64,000 bases of DNA, taken from assembly GCA_977016875.1 (NCBI GenBank), contig CDRNST010000048.1, positions 496,001 to 560,000 on the forward strand. Direction: 5' to 3'. Position numbers and translations under genes: made by a program. The notes under the pieces are model-generated. The model searched no databases. It was not told where the DNA came from and was given only the letters and a program-made list of their open reading frames with translations. The stretch is from Pavona decussata. Lineage: Eukaryota. Positions 38,201 to 55,100 of the stretch are shown piece after piece (the first letter of the stretch is position 1; every line of letters starts with the position of its first letter).

Positions 38201-41200
38201 AACAGATTTTATTTTATACAAGTAAAAAAATCCGCAAATAATTTAGCTTCGGCTTACCCTTAACCGCAATAAATTTTTGAAGAAAGTGTAAAATGCATCT
38301 TAGTAAATACATGTTTAAAATAATTTACCTTTGTAGTAGTTCTGAGCCGCTGCATGGCATGGCGGAGAGAAAGCATAAATCTAAAAGGAAATAATTTATT
38401 GAAGTTGTTAGACGGGATATAATAACAGGAAAAGTATCCAAAATCTAAACCACGGCACGGCGGATATTTCGATTTGAATTGTGGTGGGGAACTTGGTCTG
38501 GAATTTTCCAAACCTAAGAAATTGCGGCTTTCTATTTTAAACGGATCAAAATAACGATTTTTGGTGGGCCAACAACATTAAGAAAAGAAAGACAAACGCC
38601 GTGTAGGATTGATTTTCGAAATTAAATATTCATCCCGTCAAGCATCCGAGCAAATCAAACTCTGTTCGTTTCCCCAAATATTCCTGAAAGCCCCCAAATG
38701 ATATGGAAAGACAGAGAAAACATGTCAAGTCTTCTGCTTAAAACATCTCGTTTGGTACCAGTGAGGAAAATAAAATGCAAACTTATGCTGTAATATTCTT
38801 CTAGCAGTTGTCTACTTGGTGGGTTTATGAAGCTGAAGTAATGCACAGTTTTCTTTTGTTGTTTTCCTTCCATATAATGAGGCTCTCGTTAGATCAAGTC
38901 TTTGAGAGAACAAATATTCAAAAAGTCTCCCTGATTAGTGTCATTCTAACGAGAAATATTATTCGCTAAAACCCTGGCTAGAACAATTTGTATACGGTCG
39001 CTAAAATGTTCAAAGGAATGACTTTTATTATTGGTTTGTTTAATATTTGATACAATTCTTAGAAAACCAAAGCGAGTAGCTAAAGAAATGTCAGACCTTC
39101 AGCAAATCCAAAACAATTGGGGCCAAACCATGTCAGTTGAACCTGTATTGTGTTCCTTAAATTATTTCAATACAATAAGCAAATTAAATTCCACTTGAAA
39201 TGTTTTACCTGTCACAGTAGCAGTCACAATAGAAGCAGTGTAGCCTTTGTTCAATTGTCAGAGGTGAAAGCTTTGCTGTATTCTATTTATTTTTTTCTGA
39301 TTTTTTGTTGTCAATCTAGTTTTAATTAAAATGTTGTATAATAGTGAGCTTGGCTAACTTTTGCTTCGTACATTGTTTCCCCTTATTGAGATAGAATGTC
39401 TCAGTTTTAAATCAAACATGTAGCGATGTAAAGTGCTTGGTTTCGAGTTATAAAATAATCAACAAAAAGCTTATTGTGACGCTTCAAAAAAGTGCTTACT
39501 AAATTTGGAAATGCTAGCATGGCGAACAGTTTTATATCGTTCATAAATTGTTTTTAAAATCGAGATCGCATTTCTTTTTAAATTAAACATGTAGCAATGT
39601 GGAAATTGGCGCCTTGTGAAATATTACCTAAAACCAACACTGACCTGAAAGATAATGTGAACCTACCAAAACAGTTTTTATGTTATGCCGATTAAAATAG
39701 TCCACATATAATTACGCTTAAACTTAACTTTATACCGCATTTAATTTTAACACCGCAGATTCTCTTAAGCACATTTTAGTGAATACATGTTTAACATAAT
39801 TTACCTTTGCGGTACTTTAGCGGCTGCATGGCTTGGCGGGGAGAAAGTATAAATCTAAAAAGAAAGAAATGAAAGAAATTGTTAGACACGGTATACTAAC
39901 GGGCAAAAAATGCAAAATCTGAACCAGGGCGCCCTGAAAGGAGTCATTTCGATGTAATCTCGCTTCAGATATTTCGATTCGAATTGCGGTGAGAAACATG
40001 GCCTTGAATTTTCCAACTGATGGGGAAATTGCGGCTTTCTATTTTAGCCGGATGAAAATGACGTTTTTGGTTCGACAACAAAAAGAAAGAAAGACAAGCG
40101 CCAAGTGAGATTGATTTTCGAGATTAAAAATTCAGCCCGTCAAGCATCCGAGCAAAACAAACTCTGTTCATTTACCCAAATATTCCTGAAAGCCTCCAAA
40201 TCTGATATCGAAAGACAGAAAATATATCAAGTCTTCTGCTTAAATCATCTCCTGGAGGAATACATACCAAACTACGCTGTCATATTATCCAAGCAATCGT
40301 TCGAAGCTCAAGTAAAGCGTGTGTAACTTTTCTGTTTTGTTTTCTTTGCATATAATGAGGCTCTCGTAAGATCAAGTTTTTGAGAGAACAAATATCTAAA
40401 ACTTCTTGCTGATCAGAATCATTCTAACGAGAAATGTTATTGGCTAGGACGATATACACAAAGTCGTCAAAGTGCCCAATAGAATGACTTCTTCTATTTT
40501 TGTTTTGTTGTCTAATATTGGATACAATTTTGAGGAAACCAAAGCGAGTAGCTTAAGAAGTTTTAAGGCTTCAGCAAATCAAAAACATTTGGGTTTGGAA
40601 CAATCAATTACAAGTACGGTGGATTGTTTCGACGACAAATTATGTCATTTGAACCTCTACTGTATTCCTCGAGAACAATAAGTAAAGACAAATTAAATTC
40701 CACTAGAAATGTTTTACCTGTCAGTAGCAGTCACGACAGAACTAGAGCTCTGTAGTCTTTGTTCCTATTGTGAGAAGATAAAACCTTCGCTGTACTTTAT
40801 TAAATTTTCTGGGTTTTTTTGTTTTTTGTTTTTTGGCACTCTTGACTCCCAAGTCACCAACAATGTAAGTAATTTCGTATTATCAGTCTGGTAAATTTTT
40901 CCCCTCGTGGATGCGGAATAGTGAGTTTGACACGTCAGCGAATGTTCACAGTGCGAGTCGTTTGTTTGCTTCAGTGATTTTAATTTGCCTAAGGCAAAGT
41001 AATGTGAATTTGAATATAGTCGCAAAATAGTGTGTGGGGTATATTGAAAGCAACATTTACCGTTTTCACAAATGGCGGACGTTCGGAACAAATCTAGAAC
41101 TAGGCATCACATTTGGGTGTTTTAAGATAAACAAAAAATAATTTTCTTGCTTTCGAGTGCAGCTCCGCAGAGAGAGTAATCTGCGGATAAGTGCAGAATT

Positions 41201-43823
41201 CTTTAGCGTCAAGTTTTTTAGATCGATAATTTTATTCTGAACGTTCTATTGTTAGTTCTATTGTTGGTTTGTTTGTTTCTCGCTGCAATTACAAATCTAG
41301 AGAAGGCAGTGATGGGAACATGTAATATGTTTAGTTTCCTAAGGCTTCAGACCTTGACTACAGAACTGATTCAAAATAGCCATTGCGCTCGAAAGTTTGA
41401 AATCTTAGCAAACAAAGAAATTAAACTGATCTGATTTGTTTTTGTAATTGTAAAGGAACAAACCAATAATCGGTAGAGCTTAAACTTGTTTGGGATTAGA
41501 CTCTCCGCACTTATCGGCCGATTGGTCTCTGTGTTAACTTTGCACTCGCAGGAAAAGAAATTATATTTGTTTATTCTAAAACGTCTCGTTTTAGTGCCTA
41601 GTCCCAGTTTTTTTCGCTCGCGTCGGCCATTTGTGAATACGGTGTGTACCCCTACACAAAAAATGCTAACTTCCATTTCCGCCTCAGGTTTTTTTTTTTA
41701 TAACAACTGAGTTCTGCCTTCTTGAAACATGGCGGGATTAATCTGGACAGTGAAAAACTGACTAGCTGGGGAAAGGTAGGGTACAATGCAAGCATGGAAT
41801 AGCGCTGAAAGGCAAAACAACAGCAACCGCTCATTGTGGTCAGCGGCGTCAACCACTGGGTTTCAAAATGGCGGAGGCGCTTTTCAGTCAAAAGTATTTC
41901 TTGATCTAAAAGATACGTCTAGAATAATGCAGGAGACAGAAATTGTGGTTTTAAAAATTTTCTCTGTGAAGAGATTGTTGAAACTCCAGTTACTCCATTT
42001 CACTGAAAAATTTACATCAAATGTAAATCGCTGGGAACTCCTCAGAGAAATGCATATTATCTTACTTGTGCTTGCATATAATTGTTCTTTACAAATGGTT
42101 TGTTGTGTCCCACAAAAAACACCATTATTATTAGGTTCAGAATGAATTCTCTGCACACGAGCTAACTGTAAATACACGTAAATACAGTTTGGTGAAGCTG
42201 AGAAGGAGAGGGTGGGGGTTTCTCATTGTCATTTTACAGCAAAGGTTTATTTTCTTTGCAGAATGGAGGATGTAGGTGCGATTCAAATAATGGATGCGCC
42301 CTTTATACCTTAGTATATTGTTATTCCTTTCCCAATGACTTTCTTTTGCTCTAAAGAACGCCCACTTCATTTTCCTGGTATCCAGTGACACTAATATCAA
42401 ATCTCGCAATCAGTCGATTATAGCTTGTATTATACTATTAGGTAATTACCACAATTGCAGATTAAAAGTTTCACTTTATTATAAGTAAAAATTGCTTTCG
42501 TCGCATTATAAAGTTATTTATTAAATTACGAACTATAAATAAGTAATATAACTGAACATTTCTAGAGCTTGTACTCTTGTTCCATGTAATTTATTTTTCA
42601 TAGTTAATGATTGTTAACCCTATCTGGACAATAATTTTTTTTGTCTTTTCCGACGTGGGGAGGTGGGGGGGGGGGGGGGGGGGTTGGAAGACTGATGCCC
42701 TCGTCATAAGTCAAATGGCAACCATTTTGGGTTCTGCCATCGTGGATTTCCGAATTTCTCCAAAACTTCAGGAAAGCGTTAAAATTAAGCGAAAAGTAAT
42801 CAAAACCAATAAAGGAACACCAATATAAGCTTAAAACACAAGTTACAGTAAGAAAAGTAATTTTTTGTCATTTCCAAAAGAGATATCCCATTTTCCGAAA
42901 AATCAAACAAACAAACTGCCTGCCAAAAACTGGGTGTCATGGTAATATCAAAGTCAATAAACACTAACCGACCACATCCGAATTAAAATATTTGTTGCAC
43001 ATTTGTTCTCCAAATTTGTTGATCAACAGCTGTTTGGACCTTGTTCCATTCGCTTCTACGGTTGCTGGACATCACAGAGACGCTAGTTATTACTGTAAGC
43101 CTGCTTGAAACAATTTCCCCATTGGCTGCTCTGGCGGAAAGGGATTGACGGCTGGCCACCATCCGACAAAACCCTGTTCAAAGGTTATTTGCTAGACTAT
43201 TCAGTATTTTTTTCTTTTCTTGGCTTTCCCATTCATCCACTCTATTACAGAGGTATTCACACACTAGGATGAGTGGCTGTTTGTTTTTTTTTCTCTAGAT
43301 GTAGCCTGTTCTACTTTCGTCAGGTGAAGGTAATAAAATTCTTTCATGGTCAAAGAACAAGTTATTTGTTGTCACACAAAATAACCCTGAATCAGCCGGC
43401 CGGGAAAGTTAAAGCTCTTTTCTCAGTTTCAGATATGATAACAATGTGAACGGGCACGTGTTAACTTTGAACAGAAAGAAAAAAGCAACGCTAAAATTAT
43501 AGCCCATGTCCAGATTTGTGATTTTGGATTTTTTCTTGTGCGCAAAAACTAGAATTAACTATCTTTGCCTGAAGATGGCCAGGACGGAATTGAACAGAAA
43601 CTTGAAGAAAATTGAAGTTCTCCATGTCTGTGAGAACAACATTAAAAAAATAATCATGGTGTTCCTATTTCGATAAATCATTTGATATCTTCTTCTTCAG
43701 TCGCTCTTATGCAGTAAAATCAATTTTATGTTTGAGGATGATACTGTGTCAAATACCTTTTCCGTTTTGGCAATAATAAGGCAAAACACTCGTGACGATG
43801 CTTCTTTAAGGAATATCTTCAAA
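35251..43823. repeat. Long upstream spacer, copy 2
   Basis: Colinear with 1-8313. The same short ORFs recur, e.g. 38260-38511 vs 3062-3283 and 39817-39999 vs 4597-4779. Confidence 0.9.
42618..42984. mobile_element. Right-truncated copy of the piggyBac-like element at the homologous spacer site
   Basis: ttaa|ccctatctggac start; internal homology to 56748-57110. Confidence 0.65.
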
Positions 43824-44435
43824 AAGCGCAAAGATGTTGCCAAATTTTGGATCCACCAAAGAACAAAAAAATGCTCCAGAATTTATGATCCCCTACAGAA
43901 CACTCAAGAAAGTGATGTGACAATTTTGTCCTTATCGGATAGTTGTTGTCTAAAATCGTGGTGTGATAAAAAACTCCTCATTCCTCCCTCACTGAGGATC
44001 AATTTGACTTTGGTTCATACTAACTCTTATATTTTCCGAACAAGTTGATATGCAAATTCAGCCGAGAAATTTTCGAAAGTAGGGTAGGGCGATACTGAAT
44101 TGAGGCGACCTCGCTGCCTCTCCGCTGTTGCTGGGAAACGTTATTAAATACGGAATAATAATACAATGTTTGCTTTTGTTTTTGTTTTTTGTTTTGGTTT
44201 TAATCGCCAAACTCTGGGTCTGTCAGAAGACGGAAAAGGGATAAAAAAAGGGAGATGCTTGCGCTTAGGATTAAATAATTTGGCTAAGTTTGCCATAATC
44301 ACCAGACAAGAGTCTCAGTCAGTGTTTTGTAAGGAAGCTAACCAGTAACGTTTTCTGGCGAAAACAAGGAAAAAGAAAAGGCATGGGGAAACGCATGGTT
44401 TAAAAGGCAAATGTTTGGTAAATTGAAACCCCAGT

Positions 44436-45877
44436 CTAAAAAAGGCCTTTGACACCGTTGATCACAGCATTTTATTATGCAAATTGCATCACTCTGGTAT
44501 ACGCGGGGTTATCAATGATTGGTTTTCTTCGTATCTATCTGATAGGACTCAGACAACTCAAATTGGTTCCGATATTTCTGGCAAAAATAAAATATTATTT
44601 GGAGTTCCTCAAGGCTCTGTCCTAGGGCCATTACTTTTCCTCATTTACATAAATGATATTTATCAAGCTTCTAATAAACTCAACTTTTACTTATTCGCTG
44701 ATGATACTAATCTTTTATATGCAGATAAAAATCTTAGATCACTTGAGCTAGTTGTTAATGCTGAATTGATTAAAGTTTGCGAGTGGCTTAACGCAAATAA
44801 ACTATCGCTAAACACTGGTAAATCCAATTTCGTTATTTTTCACCCTTATCAACGCAAGGTTGATTACGACGTAAACTTAATACTCTATGATAACGACTTA
44901 AAGAAAATGACTTCTCTCGAACGTAAAAACTACGTGGAATATTTAGGTATTCTGGTTGACAGTAACCTCTCCTGGCGATACCACATAGACTATATTTTAT
45001 CAAAATAAGTCAAGGTGTTGGGATTATCTCAAGGCTTAGGCATTTTCTGCCTACAATTACCCTTTTAAGAATCTATCGTTCCTTTTTCCTTGTTTTCCTT
45101 GTTTTATGGCAAATTACATCTCCTATGGATTAGCTGCCTGGGTACAAGCTGCCGCTTCTCAGCTAAACAAAATTCTTCTGCTGCAAAAACGAGCCCTTCG
45201 TCTGATCTACTTTTCTGACAGTCGAACTCATGCCATCCCTCTGTTTGTCAGTTCCGGTCTTTTGCCTCTGAACATGCTCTATTTTAAACATATTGCTTCT
45301 CTAATGCATGATATTTTTAGCCATTGTGCTCCTTTAAAAATCTCTGAACTGTTCACTCGTTCTGACCAGATCCATTCTCACTACACTAGATTTTCAGAGT
45401 CGGGTAATTTTGATGTCCAACTTTCAAGACTCAACCAACAGCTGCTGTCCTTTTCTAGAATTGGAACGAGAATTTGGAATAAAATTCCTCCTCAACTACG
45501 AAAGTTACGTAAAACACTTTTCAAGCGTAAACTGCATGAATCGCTTTTAAAGGTTCTAGAGACTGAGGAGGTGTATGTTGATATAAACGCTGTACCTCGT
45601 ATCAATCTTATGTCACTTCTTAGTTAGCTTGTATTTAACTTTCTAAATAATAATTCGTCATTTAGGTGTTTTATTTATTCATTTATTTTCTTATTTAATT
45701 CTCTTTCTCCTTGTTTAATGAATCATTTCTATTTTTGTGCTGTTAATTTTCTGTTCCTTTTGAGCGTGCAAACAACTGTAAATGCTACCCACCTCGAATA
45801 GCCCTTGCTAACTGTGGGTATGTAATATTGTAATTTGTCTTTTCTCATAATAAATTTTTGTTGTTGTTGTTGTTGTT
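44436..45877 (+). mobile_element. 5'-truncated, frameshifted non-LTR retrotransposon (CR1/L2-like) with RT domain, 3' UTR and (TTG)n tail
   Basis: RT motifs LKKAFDTVDH...GVPQGSVLGPLLFLIYINDI...FADDT...YLG (44436-45008). Frameshift near 45005. C-terminal part LQKRALRLIYF...WNKIP (45106-45627). 3' stem-loop at 45786-45820, then AATAAA and (TTG)n at 45858-45876. Confidence 0.93.
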
Positions 45878-46292
45878 TCACATGGTAACCGTCGTAGAAT
45901 TATGAAATAACGAGAAAAAATTGGTAACAACTGTAAATTCAGACTCTGTAGGAAACAAACTAGTACCCTAAGAATTTCACACAACACGGTGTATTATTTA
46001 CTGCTACCAGACTTTTATTTGCTTATTTTCTGTTTTACATTACTGCTGGATAAAACTGGCTTTATTCCCTACACCTTTCAAGCTTTAAAAAAAATTAAAC
46101 GCTTGTTTTTATTATCATAATTTACTTCCATTTAGTTAGTATTTCCTAAAATTCAGCTCTTAACCCTTTCTGAATTTTATTCAGTCCGCGGTCGAAATCT
46201 ACCAAGCACCTTAAAGTTAAACCAAAAAAACCAAAACAAAAACAAAACAACAACAACAACAAAAAAAAAAAAACCACCAACAACAACAACTC

Positions 46293-48193
<1,901 letters not shown>

Positions 48194-48871
48194 TATTTAA
48201 TCTGTGGACATTGAATTCTCGAACTCAGTTTTATTCACCACGCAAAAAGAGAAGAAAAAACTACAAATGAACAAAATCCGAGGACCGCAAGATGCCTAAA
48301 AGAAATTGATGACGCTTTTGATGTTGAGCTTCCTTGTTACCAACCACATAACCGTTAGTTGATATTTTGTTACAGCAAAGAATATTTCTTAGGAAGTCAC
48401 CATTAGTTATGCATGTTTTATCTGATAATACCTATTTATCATTCATCAACGTTGTATTTGACCATGAAGATATAGAATTATTGAAGCGCCATACATCCTA
48501 TTTATTGCTAATTTAATTTCTTTGAAAACTTACTTAAACCTTCTTATATCATAAGTAAAGAGTCACCGCAGAGTGTTCTTGAATTAACAGCTAATAGCTT
48601 ATGACTAATTTAAGTCCTTCCTAAAATTCAAATTGTTTTTGAGAAGTTAAATGAATTTTGCTAAATATAATCAAATCAATTGAATAAGAATTCAGTTGAA
48701 TTCTCTAAAGGAAAAAATGCATTGTAGTATAGTAACTTAAGGGGGAAATGTATTACCTACCAGTCTTGCTTGTGCAGCTTCAATCATCTGAAGGAAAACT
48801 GATTCACCTCTCACTATTGCAGAGACTTTTATCCTTTTGTTTGTTGACTTGTAAGTAAAAAGCATGTTTTA

Positions 48872-49025
48872 GACACGTTTTGAAGCTGACATGTTTGGTG
48901 CCAAAATAACTCAAGCAGTCCTATTGGTTAGATCATTTCTGTTGACTTGAAAGTAACACGTTTGAAGTTGATAACATGTTAGGTGCTAAAGTAAGCCGAA
49001 CATTCCTATTGGCTAAACCATTTCT
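48872..49025 (-). repeat. 85-bp CCAAT tandem repeat x2 upstream of copy C
   Basis: attgg at 48923 and 49008. Confidence 0.75.
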
Positions 49026-51743
49026 GTATCTACCAATAACCTTGACTCTACTATAATGTTTTGTTTCTATAACTAACAAGTTGAAACAAGTTTAGACGGC
49101 TTGTTATGCTAATTAGGTCAATATTGTGCGCTCTTTTGATTGAGCTGTTTTGTTGTGAACATCTCTGATAACATGTATGAAACAGGATAAACATCTATGC
49201 TGGTTGATAGACAATTTTCAAAATGCGTAATGTGCAATGCCTCTTGAATTTAATTGTCTTTTGAATAAAATGTTGCATTTTAGTATCGAATAAGATAAAA
49301 CGAGACCTAACGATTTCTCTTGGAAATAACCATCAGCAAATTTCCAAATTAATCCGCCAAAGAAAATGCTTATCATCTTTCCAAAATTATGAAAAGAAAA
49401 TTTCGACAGTCGGTTCTGTGAAACATAACATAGTTCTACCATTTCTTTTTTCTTCTCGTTTGAGTCGCGTACTAAGTGACAGTGTTTCCACTGAATATTG
49501 TTTCAGTGTACTTCTTTTACTCTGCCGTTTGATGAAACAGACGTTGAATTTGTTTGACACGTCAGGCCCTTGATTGTTCAAATTCCACCTTATGTAGTTT
49601 TGCTCGATTTAATATTATTCAATCTGCGCCTGGATCTTTGGATTATTGACAAATAGCGAAATTTGAAACCGTAGAGGTACTTTTTCCTGTTGTAAGTTTA
49701 AATCACAAGTATGGATTTTATTCCTATTACTTTTAAGTTATCATACTCAATATTATCATGATTGTTTTATTAAAGTAAAGTTAATGATTGAAACTGCTGA
49801 CTTAAAGTTAATTGTGGTATAACCTGAAAAACACATTATGGTCTGAATTTTTTTTTCTCCACTGGTTTTGTTTAACCAAGTGCTGTTAAATTCTAGAAAC
49901 ATACTGGAGTAATTTATTACACGTCTTGTTAGTTTGCTTAGAAGACATTTTAGTTGCATCGAGATCCGCAAATGACGTACATGAATAAGGCCCGCAAACT
50001 ACAGATCGTTTGGAGTCTGATAAACAGCCGCCACTAATATAAATTAACCGTAAAAAGTTTGTCCTCACTCGATACATTTTATAGATCTATGGGTCACCGC
50101 AAATCATGTAAACTAAAACACGCACTGTGGTATTTGGTTTCATTAACCCACGAATCAGCCGGAAGAAAAAAAAAATAACTTTTTTGTTGTTTTTAAGTGG
50201 CAAACATTAAATTCAGCGTGAAGGCGCTGCCAAGAGTGAATTCTAATAAACATAAAAATTTACCTTTGAAGTAATTCAATAATGACCCGAGTTGTCGGCA
50301 CGGGAACAAGAAATCTGAAATAGTTAAAAAGAAAAAGAATTAGATTTTACAACAAAACGAGCAACGAAATCCTTCACAAATAACAATCAACAAAACTATC
50401 GAGAACTTACAGTGTCGCATTAGTTAGTCCTCCCTTGTCACTTTTGAAAAAGTTTTAGTTGATGAAGCCCTATTTTGTTTGGTTTAGTCAGGTTCTCGTT
50501 AGAGCAAGTTCTTCGAACATTTGTTTTAAATTTTAATTTTCAAACAATAGTCGTCCTCAAAGTTTGTTTAATCGTTGATTCGACCAATAAGAGGGCATCT
50601 GCAGTGTTGTTTTGCTACGCTGTGTTCCCTGAATTGGAAGTTATTCACAGTTTTACTTGTCTTTTCTTTCTTTATTTCTTTTTGTAAAAAAAGAACCAAA
50701 GGTTCTAAAATTCTAAGATAAAATACCTGTTGACTGAGATTAGGGTAATGTTAGAGATCCTTAATTGTTTTCATTCCTCCATAATCTGAACTTCGAGGGT
50801 TCATTGGTATATTTAACAAGGTGGCACAGCAGAGGGCTTCCCCCACCCTTCCCCTACTGAGAAGGCCTTCTCACAGCCTAACTTTACCTCCTTTCTAACA
50901 ACAGTTGATGTTTCGACTAAAAAAATACAAATACAATTGACTGAGCTTGTAATACTCTCACTATCACTTTCCCTTACAGTTAACATATCAGTTGTATATT
51001 TTCTCTAAAAGTGGAACAGTTTAGATCCATTTCGTTTCTTTCTCTTTTCAATCACGGCTTTTGCAATAAGTTTGTTGTAGCTCCAGGAACTTTTGTTTTG
51101 ACTAATAAACAGTGCAATGTTCCAGTAATGGGTATTTAGGTCATGTTGTGACTGTTGACTTCGGTTTGTTTGCTTGCATGGGTTTGAATTTTTCAATCAA
51201 CGCTTAATAAACTCGCGTTCAGTAAAACGATTGAACACATTGACTCATTGCCATGAAAAGAATTTTTGAGTCGTGTCAGCCGATGACAGAAGAGACGAAA
51301 TGTTTTTGGAACACTTTATCATAATTTTCAAACCAATTTAAGGTAAAAGCTATTGGTAACAAAGAACATAGATGAAGATTGGTTGACGCTTCATTGCAAA
51401 CTGCGAATTTGCAACATCTTTTGTTTATTTGGTCAGTTCAACCAGTAACTGCGTTTAAATTACAAAGAATCCTGTGCTTGATTTTGACCTGCTAAAATAG
51501 TTTCCTAAGGCTAATTACAACGCGTTAAACTAAGAGTTTTTGTATAAGTAATTTTGAACCGCTAATATGGCCAACTTTTACTTCATTAATTTAGCTTTCG
51601 TCTTTTTCTCTTTTAAATTGGACATGCAGAAAATAACGTAAAAAATGCTTCGTTTCGAGCTGATAAAAAAAAAATAACGAAACCTTATTGCGACGCTTCA
51701 AAAGAAGATTCATCTAGTTTTGAGATAAAATGTTGTACATATA

Positions 51744-52194
51744 CACTCTGTTTTTTTTTTTTTTTTTTTTTCATAAGAACGTCTCATTTTGGAGCCGAGG
51801 CTGAACGTTCTAATATTTTTTTGCTATTGGAGGCTGAAAACGTTCTTAAGATGTTCTTAAATTACATGGTATACACTACATGTATTTCAATAAATCAATG
51901 AGGACCTGACAAGGAAACCTATTAAAGTGCATTGCCTGTCGAGATTCAATATCTAGAACTGCTGATTATGACAAACCGAGATGTGTGTCACCATTGTTAA
52001 TGTTATACAAAACATGCCCTTAAGCATTTTGGTTAATTTCAATTTGTTACCTTGATTTTATATACAGATAAGAAAAATAAAAACGTTTTTAATCGACACA
52101 GCCTGAGGAGCGTTCTTAATACGTTCTTAAAATTTTGGTTAATCTCAGCCTCGACGTTCTTATAAAAAAGGTTCTTATAAAAAAAACCAGAGTG
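51744..52194. mobile_element. 451-bp non-autonomous TIR element with TA target duplication (Tc1/mariner-like)
   Basis: ta|cactctg(t)n..ataagaac ... gttcttat(a)n ccagagtg|ta. The empty site tacatataatcatgtagc is seen at ~2520. Confidence 0.82.
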
Positions 52195-55100
52195 TATTAA
52201 TCATGTAGCGATGGAAAAATGTTTCGTTCGAGCCGATAAAAAAAAAAATTACAAAAGCTAATTGTAACCCTTCACACTGAAAGATTGTTTACTAATTTTG
52301 AAATGGTAGCATCGTTTTTGTCGAACATTGTTTCGTGTTGTTGAGATTTTTTTTAAATATTAACAGTGGATAAACTGTTAAACACGTCTAATAATATTAA
52401 AATTTATATAGTGCAATTTTCCATAAAATGATGAAGTACGCTGAATACATGAATACATGTTTAAAATAACTTACCTTTGTAGTACTTTTGCGGCTGTTTT
52501 TCTCAACGCAGAACGAAAGCAAAACTTGCTTAAAGGAAATAAAATATTGAAGTTGTTAGAGACGATATAATAACTGGAAAAGTATCCAAAATCTAAACCA
52601 CGGCACCAAATGATTCTTTTTGTAGGAATATATAATCGCTTCGGATATTTCGACTTGAATTGTGGTGGGGAACTTGGCCATGGATTTTTCCAAACTTAAG
52701 AAAATGCGGCTTTCTGTTTTAGCCGGAACAAAATGACGTTTTTTGGTGGGCCAACAATATCACGTTAAGAAAAGAAATTAAATATTCAGCCCGTCAAGCA
52801 TCCGAGCAAATCAAACACTGTTCGTTTACCCAAATATTTCTGAAAGCCCCCAAATGATATGGAAAGACAGAGAAAACATGTCAAGTCTTCTGCTTAAATC
52901 ATCTCGTTTGGTGCCAGTGAGGAAAATAAAATGCAAACTTATGCTGTCATATTCTACTAGCAATTGTCTACTTGGTGAGTGTAGGAAACTGAAGTAATGC
53001 ACAGCTTTCTTTTGTTGTTTTCCCTCCATATAATGAGGCTCTCGTTAGATCAAGTTTTTGAGAGAACAAATATTTAAAAAGTCTCCCCGGCTGACAGTGT
53101 CATGCTAAAGAGAAATGTTATTCGCTAAAACGATTTGTATGCGGTCGCTAAAATGTCCAATGGAATGACTTCTTTTATTATTGGTTTGTCTAATATTTGA
53201 TACAATTCTGAGAAAACCAAAGGGAGTAGGTTAAGAAATGTCAAAACTTCAACAAATCAAAAACAATTGGGGTCAAACCATGTCAGTTGAACCTGTACTA
53301 TATTCCTCAAATTATTTCAATAAAATAAGCAAATTAAATTCCACTTGAAATGTTTTACCTGTCAGTAGCAGTCACAATAGAAGCAGTCTAGCCTTTGTCC
53401 TATTGTTAGAGGTGAAAGCTTCCCTGTATTCTACTAATTTATTTCTGATTTTTTGTTGTCAATCTAGTTTTAATTAAAATGTTGTATGATCGTTTATTTT
53501 GAAACGCGAGCTTGGTTAACTTTTATTTCGTACGTTGTCTCGTCTTACTGAGATAGAATTTCTCAGTTTTAAATCAAACATGTAGCGATGTAAATGTGCT
53601 TGATTTCGAGCTATAAAATAATTAACAAAAAATTAATTGTGACGCTTCAAAAGAGTGATTACTAAATTTGCAAATGCTAGCATGGCGAACATTTTTATAT
53701 CGTACATAATGATTCGTCTTGTAAATCGAGATCGCATTCATTTTTAAATTAAACATGTAGCGAAGTGGAAATTGGTGGCTTGTGTAATATTACCGAAAAC
53801 CAAAACTGACCTGAAAGATAATGAGATCTACTAAAACAGACTTTATGTAATGCAAGTAAAATAGTCCATAAAGAATTAAGCTTTCACTTAACTTTACACC
53901 GCAATTAATTTTAACACCGCAGATTCTTTTAAACACATCTTAGTGAATACATGTTCAAAATAATTTACCTTTGCAGTACTTTAGCGGCTGCATGGTTTGG
54001 CGGGTAGAAAGTATAAATCTAAAAAGAAAGAAATTAAAGAAGTTGTTAGACACGGTATACTAACAGGCAAAAAATGCAAAATCTGAACCAGGGCACCCTG
54101 AAATGAGTGATTTCTTGTGTAATATCGCTTCCGATATTTCGATTCGAATTGCGGCGAGAAACATGGCCTTGAATTTTCCGACTGATGCGGAAATTGCGGC
54201 TTTCTATTTTAGCCGGATCAAAATGTCTTTTTTGGTGCGCCAACAAAAAGAAAGAGAGACAAACGCCATGTGAGATTGATTTTCGAAATGAAATATTCAG
54301 CTCGTCAAGCATCCGAGCAAAACAAACTCTGTTCGTTTACCCAAATATTCCTGAAAGCCTCCAAATCTGATATGGAAAGACAAAGAAAATGTATCAAGTC
54401 CTCTGCTTAAATCCTCTCCTTGAAATTCAACATACCAAACTACGCTGTCATATTCTCCAAGCAATTGTTCGAAGTTCAAGTAAAGCATCTGTAAGGGTTC
54501 TGTTCTGTTTTCTTTGCATATAATGAGGCTCTCGTAAGATCAAGTCTTAGAGAGAACAAATATAACAAACTTCTTCCTTGTCAGAATCATTCTAAAAAAA
54601 TATTATTGGCAAGGACCATTTGCATAAAGTCTTCAAAATGCCCAATGGAATAACTTCTTCTATTTTTGGTTTGTTGTCTAATATTAGATACAAAGCGAGT
54701 AGCTTAAGAAGTATCAAGGCTTCAGCAAATCAAAACCATTTCGATTTGGAGCAATCAATTACAAATACGTTGGGTTGTTTCGTCGACAAATTATGTTATT
54801 TGAACCTCTAGTGTATTCTTTCAGTGCAATTAGTAAAAACAAATTAAATTCCACTAGAAATGTTTTACCTGTCAGTAGCAGTCATTGACAAAAGCTGTCT
54901 AGTCTTTGTTCCTGTTGTGAGGGGGTGAAACCTTCGCTGTATTTTATTTAAAAAAATTCTGTTTTGTTTTTTGTTCTTTTTTTGGTTTTTTGGCACTCTC
55001 GAGTCCCAACTCACCAAATGCAAGTAAATTTGTATTATCAGTCTGGTAAATTTTCCCTTCGAGGAAGCGGAATAGTCAGTTTGACACGTCAGCAAGTGTT

